NCBI GenBank assembly: GCA_021781705.1
Contig: JAJXWI010000004.1
Span: 6,010 to 70,009 of the forward strand
Source of the DNA: a bacterium
Lineage (GTDB): Bacteria > Verrucomicrobiota > Lentisphaeria > Victivallales > GWF2-38-69
Direction: 5' to 3'
Length of the DNA: 64,000 nucleotides
Shown here: in pieces, positions 59,422-64,000 of the stretch
Layout of the letters: each line of letters opens with the position of its first letter
Position numbering within the stretch: position 1 is the first letter of the stretch
Translations under genes and position numbers: made by a program
Notes under the pieces: generated by a model
The model's input: only the letters and a program-made list of their open reading frames with translations
The model's database searches: none
Told to the model about the DNA's origin: nothing

Positions 59422-59916
59422 ATGTTAAAATTTTTTCTTCTTAGGCATGCCAAGTCAGACTGGAAAAACTCAACTCTGAATGATTTTGAACGGCCTCTCA
59501 AGGAGAAAGGGGAGATGCAAGCCTCTTTTATGGGATGTATTTACAAAAAACTTTGTGGTAGAATCCCTGATGCGATTATTGCCAGCCCTGCGAGAAGGGC
59601 TCTTGAAACAGCTCACCTGTTTGCAAAAGAAATAGGTTATCCGTCAAATGAGATAATTCTACAAGAAAAAATATATGAAGCGACGGCTGAAGAACTTTTG
59701 AAAACATTGAGAGATGTAAGTGACGAATATAAGAGAGTGGTCATGGTCGGGCATAATCCCGGGTTTACCGAATTGGCAAATTGCATTATTGATGGAGTAG
59801 ATATTGACAATATTCCTGCGTGTGGACTTGTCGGTGTTGAATTTGATGTTAAAAATTGGAAAAAAATAGAAGAAAAACCAGGAAAGCTTTTCTGTTTTGA
59901 GTACCCAAAAAAGTAA
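59422..59916 (+). CDS. SixA-like histidine phosphatase
   Basis: LRHAKSDW, DFERPL, SPARRA.ETA, VGHNPG. Confidence 0.9.
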   Translation: MLKFFLLRHAKSDWKNSTLNDFERPLKEKGEMQASFMGCIYKKLCGRIPDAIIASPARRALETAHLFAKEIGYPSNEIILQEKIYEATAEELLKTLRDVSDEYKRVVMVGHNPGFTELANCIIDGVDIDNIPACGLVGVEFDVKNWKKIEEKPGKLFCFEYPKK

Positions 59917-60009
59917 TTGATATAATTAAAAACATTAATGCGCTGGTTAAAAAAGGCATATGATCTGGGCATGAGCGCCCTGATAGAACTGCTCCCGCAA
60001 GTCAGGTTT

Positions 60010-60882
60010 TTACAGATAATCTGCATTTAACTGCCTATGCTGCATTTTTTTGTTGTTTTTAAAAGACTCATAGATTTCCTTTTTACATTGCTCGTCAAAA
60101 AAAGTATCTACGAATCTGTCAAATATTATTTTCCTGGCTAATTCACTTGGGTGCAGCATGTCTTCGTTGAAGAACCTGTAATCTCGGAGCTCATCGAGCA
60201 ATATTTCATAAGATGGGAAATATGCCGCATTTTCACTCTCTTCTACAACTTTATGTATCGCATATAATAAATTTGCTTTACTTCTTGCGTTTAAAACCAA
60301 ATCTCCTGGATAATGTCTTACCGGAGAAAGAGTGATAATAATTGAGCATTTTGTGTTCACTAAACGTATTAATTCTAAGGCTTTTTTCAGATTTTTATAA
60401 TTTTCTTCGGGTGACAGAATTACTGTGTGAAACTTATTTCCGGGATACTTATGACAGTTTGCTACGAGCCTATTGTTTTCCTTTAAACAATATACGACAG
60501 AAGAGGACGGGGTAAGCATGAATATGTCTGACATTACCAGTTTATTGTAAAAATTATTAGCTGATTTTTTAATAGTTTCTTTTAAAGTTTCTTGTGATTG
60601 ATGAGAAAATGAACCATGATGTTCCCAGCTATGCCACAGATTGTCATGAAATAGAAAATCTTCTTTTTTATAATTGCTTTTGTTTATTATGCGCTCAAGG
60701 GAGTTAACTATTGAATGTGAATTATAAACTATTCCGTTCGGATTATGTGCTGAATCAAATCCAGCCGAAGCCAGCTGTTCCATTACATATTGAGAAAAAC
60801 ATGATCCGATTCCTGTAACTACAGCATTCTTCCCAAAAAGCTTCTCATTCTTTTTATTTATTATTTCTGTGAATAATTTCAT
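60010..60882 (-). CDS. GSCFA-domain protein
   Basis: IGSCFS, NPNG..YN, TLSPVRH, YFPSYE...DELRDYRF...DMLHP. Confidence 0.9.
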   Translation of the reverse strand: MKLFTEIINKKNEKLFGKNAVVTGIGSCFSQYVMEQLASAGFDSAHNPNGIVYNSHSIVNSLERIINKSNYKKEDFLFHDNLWHSWEHHGSFSHQSQETLKETIKKSANNFYNKLVMSDIFMLTPSSSVVYCLKENNRLVANCHKYPGNKFHTVILSPEENYKNLKKALELIRLVNTKCSIIITLSPVRHYPGDLVLNARSKANLLYAIHKVVEESENAAYFPSYEILLDELRDYRFFNEDMLHPSELARKIIFDRFVDTFFDEQCKKEIYESFKNNKKMQHRQLNADYL

Positions 60883-61176
60883 TTTTATATAACCTGTTTT
60901 TATTGCATTAATAAATATAATGTAGCATTTTTCAGGGGAAACAGCAAAAGTACATAAAGGTGTTAGATTAGAGCTCATTGCCTATAATGCGAAAAATACT
61001 TCTCAGAGCCTCTTTCATCATATTGATATTTCCCAGTTATTTAAAAGTTTTTTCAGATTTGAGTTTTATAAATTGACACCTATAGTGAGCGTATGACTAA
61101 AAAACTTTAACCTTTTTTGCGTCCCGTAAAACGATAGTGTTTTCGAATATAAATAAAACAAAGAAAATTGGAAATT

Positions 61177-62592
61177 ATGTCCATTCTTATTAAGAATATT
61201 CACAGCCTGGTTACGATGGATGAAAATTTTACGGTTCTGCATGATGTGGATTTGTGCATTGAAGGCAATAAGATCGCGAAAATCGACAAAAATATAGATG
61301 CCAGAAATCTTGATAAAGATGTAAGGATTATTGACGGGGCATATAAAGTTGTTTATCCGGGATTTATAAACACTCACCATCATTTTTCCCAGACTCTTAC
61401 AAGAAATATTCCGGCTATTCAGAGCGTAAAGCTTTTTGACTGGCTTATTCTTCTTTATGAAATCTGGAGAAATCTTAATGAAGAATTTGTTGAATTGAGT
61501 ACAAAAATAGCCGTTGGCGAACTCCTTCTTTCCGGTTGTACCACGAGTGCAGACCAACACTACGTATTTCCTCAGGGGGCTTCAGGACAGCTTTTAGACC
61601 TTGAAATAGATATAACCAAAGAAATGGGAATGCGGTTTTATCCAAACAGAGGAAGCATGAGCAGAGGCAAATCTCAAGGCGGGCTTCCTCCAGATGATGT
61701 TGTGCAGACTCCTGAACAAATCATGTCTGATTGTGAAAGACTTATCAATAAGTATTACGACGCTGATCCATTTTCAATGACAAAGATAGTTCTCGCTCCA
61801 TGTTCGCCGTTTTCTGTTACTACCGATTTGATGATAGAAACGGCAAAATACGCACGAAAAAAAGGCGTAATGTTGCATACTCATTTATGTGAAACAAAGG
61901 ATGAGGAAGCCTATTGCCTGAAAATGTTAGGTAAACGCCCCCTCGCATATATGGAAGATTGCGGATGGATAGGGCAAGATGTCTCTTTCGCGCACGGAAT
62001 TTTCTTCAATGACGATGAAATAAAAACTCTTGCCAACACAGGTACGGGCATAGCTCATTGTCCGGCCTCAAATATGAGGCTGGGTTCAGGCATTTGCAGG
62101 GTGCCCGACCTTCTCGATGCGGGAGTTTCTGTAGGGCTTGCAGTTGACGGCAGCGCCAGCAATGATTCAGGAAATTTTGTGAGAGAAATTCAGATTGCAA
62201 TGATGATTAATAGAATCGGTGCGTCCGAAGAAAGAATGACTCCTCAAAAAGCGCTCTATCTTGCCACAAACGGCGGGGCAAAAGTTCTTAATAATCCAAA
62301 AATAGGATCTATAAAAGTAGGGAATGCGGCAGATCTTGCCATATTCAATATGGAAAGGCTAGACTTTGCCGGAGCGATGTCTGACCCGATGTCAGTAATA
62401 GTCTTTTGCGGGGCTGGGTTGAGAACTGATTACACGATAGTTAATGGCAAGGTCGTTGTAGAAAATGGCCAGCTCCTATCTATTGACGAGAGGGAAGTTT
62501 TCCACAGAGCGAATGCCTTTACAAAAAAGATTCTCGAAAAAACCACAGCCCGCACAAAGATAGATTACTACAAATACAAAACGAAATTTTAA
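61177..62592 (+). CDS. 8-oxoguanine deaminase-like amidohydrolase
   Basis: NTHHH.SQ.LTR, LAPCSPFSV, HTHLCE, HCPASNMRL, VDGSASND. Confidence 0.88.
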   Translation: MSILIKNIHSLVTMDENFTVLHDVDLCIEGNKIAKIDKNIDARNLDKDVRIIDGAYKVVYPGFINTHHHFSQTLTRNIPAIQSVKLFDWLILLYEIWRNLNEEFVELSTKIAVGELLLSGCTTSADQHYVFPQGASGQLLDLEIDITKEMGMRFYPNRGSMSRGKSQGGLPPDDVVQTPEQIMSDCERLINKYYDADPFSMTKIVLAPCSPFSVTTDLMIETAKYARKKGVMLHTHLCETKDEEAYCLKMLGKRPLAYMEDCGWIGQDVSFAHGIFFNDDEIKTLANTGTGIAHCPASNMRLGSGICRVPDLLDAGVSVGLAVDGSASNDSGNFVREIQIAMMINRIGASEERMTPQKALYLATNGGAKVLNNPKIGSIKVGNAADLAIFNMERLDFAGAMSDPMSVIVFCGAGLRTDYTIVNGKVVVENGQLLSIDEREVFHRANAFTKKILEKTTARTKIDYYKYKTKF

Positions 62593-62617
62593 ACATCTAA
62601 CAAAAGAGGATAGCGAA

Positions 62618-63871
62618 ATGACATATGAAACTTTAAAACCTTATATTTATATAACTATTGCCGGATTGTTTTTGCTTTTTGAAATGAGCCTTCAGGTTTC
62701 TGTAAGCGTAATTACCCCGAATTTGATGTCAGATTTTAATATTACTGCTGCAGGGATTGGTGTTATAAGTTCACTTTTCTTTTATTCTTATACGATTATG
62801 CAGATACCGAGCGGTATACTCTTCGATTGCATTAGCTCAAAGAAATTAATAGGCGCAAGTTTTATGTTGTGTACTCTGGGGGCTTTTCTTTTTGCGTTTT
62901 CCTCAGGAATATTTTTAGCTTCTGCCGGAAGGTTACTCATAGGATTTGGTTCTGCGTTTGCGTTTGTCTCCGTTCTATACACGGCTTCGCAATGGTTCCC
63001 TCATAAATATTTTGCGGTAATAACTGGACTTGGCATGGTTATGGCTTCCCTTGGAGCTATGTGTGGACAGATGCCTCTGGCTTATCTTGTGGGACTTGTA
63101 GGGTGGAGAAAATCATTGTTTATTCTTGCTGTGATAGGTACAATTCTATCTATCCTGGTATTTGTCTTGATAGAGGATAAAGCTGATAAGAAATCTTTTA
63201 CCTGGAGAAACCTTTATGTTATTATTCGAAAGCTTTTATTAATTTTAGAAAAGAAACAGACCTGGTTCATAGCCATATTTGCCTTTGCGATATGGTCGCC
63301 AATAACCGGATTTGCATCACTGTGGGGGGTGTCTTTTATAGGGAAAGCGTATTCAATGAGTGTTGAACGGGCCGCGTTTTCATGTTCTCTGATCTGGATA
63401 GGCGTGGCTTTTGGAAGTCTGTTTTTCGGATGGTGGTCTGAAAAAGTAAAGAAACGAAACCTCCCCCTTAGATTCGGTGCCATTCTGGGTGTTGCCAGCA
63501 GCATATTGGTTATCTATTTTTCCTTTAATCACTATCTGCTGAATATACTGCTGGTATGTTTCGGGATAGCAACAGGCGGACAGTCACTGATTTTTGCTGT
63601 TATGACAGATGTAACAGAGAAACGTCTTACAGGTACTGGAATAGGATTGATAAATATGGCCGTAGTCGGGAGCGGTTTTGTTTTTCAGCCGATAATAGGA
63701 ATCTTACTGAAAATTCTTCACCCTGTTCAAGAAGGTGCAGGACATGTTGTATCTTATTCTCTAATAGATTATCGTGTCGCGCTTGTCGTGATACCTCTGA
63801 TATTTATTATAAGCCTTCTAGTTTCTCTCTTCTTTATTAAGGAAACATATCCAGCTCAATCTGTCGACTGA
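62618..63871 (+). CDS. MFS transporter
   Basis: About 12 TM; MQIPSG..FD, GRLLIGFGSAFAF; 25 bp after the deaminase gene. Confidence 0.88.
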   Translation: MTYETLKPYIYITIAGLFLLFEMSLQVSVSVITPNLMSDFNITAAGIGVISSLFFYSYTIMQIPSGILFDCISSKKLIGASFMLCTLGAFLFAFSSGIFLASAGRLLIGFGSAFAFVSVLYTASQWFPHKYFAVITGLGMVMASLGAMCGQMPLAYLVGLVGWRKSLFILAVIGTILSILVFVLIEDKADKKSFTWRNLYVIIRKLLLILEKKQTWFIAIFAFAIWSPITGFASLWGVSFIGKAYSMSVERAAFSCSLIWIGVAFGSLFFGWWSEKVKKRNLPLRFGAILGVASSILVIYFSFNHYLLNILLVCFGIATGGQSLIFAVMTDVTEKRLTGTGIGLINMAVVGSGFVFQPIIGILLKILHPVQEGAGHVVSYSLIDYRVALVVIPLIFIISLLVSLFFIKETYPAQSVD

Positions 63872-64000
63872 TTGGGGAATATTATATTTCGTGCTTAAAT
63901 TTTTTGTGAAGAGAAGCTGTATAGGATTGTTCTTTAGTCTCTTATGAGCTTCTTTTAGAACTTTCAAATATCCTTTTCGCGTTTTCAAAAGTCAAGTGCA

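Noticed and set aside
61060-61140. Possible purine riboswitch before the deaminase (CCGTAAA loop present)
   Set aside because: Lacks the TATGG loop, TTTCTAC junction and P1 helix; only a 7-mer coincides
1-64000. CRISPR array, prophage, IS, rRNA, intein in nrdJ
   Set aside because: No regularly spaced repeats, phage or transposase ORFs, rRNA signatures or intein-sized insertions seen

Overview
AT-rich, gene-dense bacterial chromosome segment with no rRNA, CRISPR array, integrase or transposase. A Gram-negative envelope is indicated by msbA-like, skp, lpxD and lpxL-like genes. The L28 motif KKKGGIGxHV suggests the PVC superphylum, possibly Lentisphaerae (inference). The window is mostly housekeeping and metabolism: frr, nfo, pyrE/pyrF, gdhA, recO, valS, rpmB, mraZ, mutL, nrdJ, a methylmalonyl-CoA carboxyltransferase operon, three c-di-GMP enzymes, several transporters and three tRNAs (fMet-CAT, Ser-GGA, Lys-TTT). 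Most notable observations: (1) two homologous non-coding leaders 40 kb apart, with conserved flanks and different structured cores, each upstream of an unrelated transporter; (2) a DUF2188-like plus nucleoside-deoxyribosyltransferase/TIR-like gene pair ending in an attC-like site, a candidate orphan defence cassette; (3) a family-3 binding lipoprotein paired with a DAACS transporter whose substrate and Na+ motifs are lost; (4) an unannotated, disrupted ORF sharing a YAAG[IV]N-x5-A-x3-F-x-W motif with a secreted hypothetical protein; (5) apparent pseudo-enzymes (GalK without its ATP loop, GcvH without its lipoyl-Lys) and an orphan mraZ with 10-bp-periodic boxes. All family calls come from motif recognition by eye; no database searches were run.
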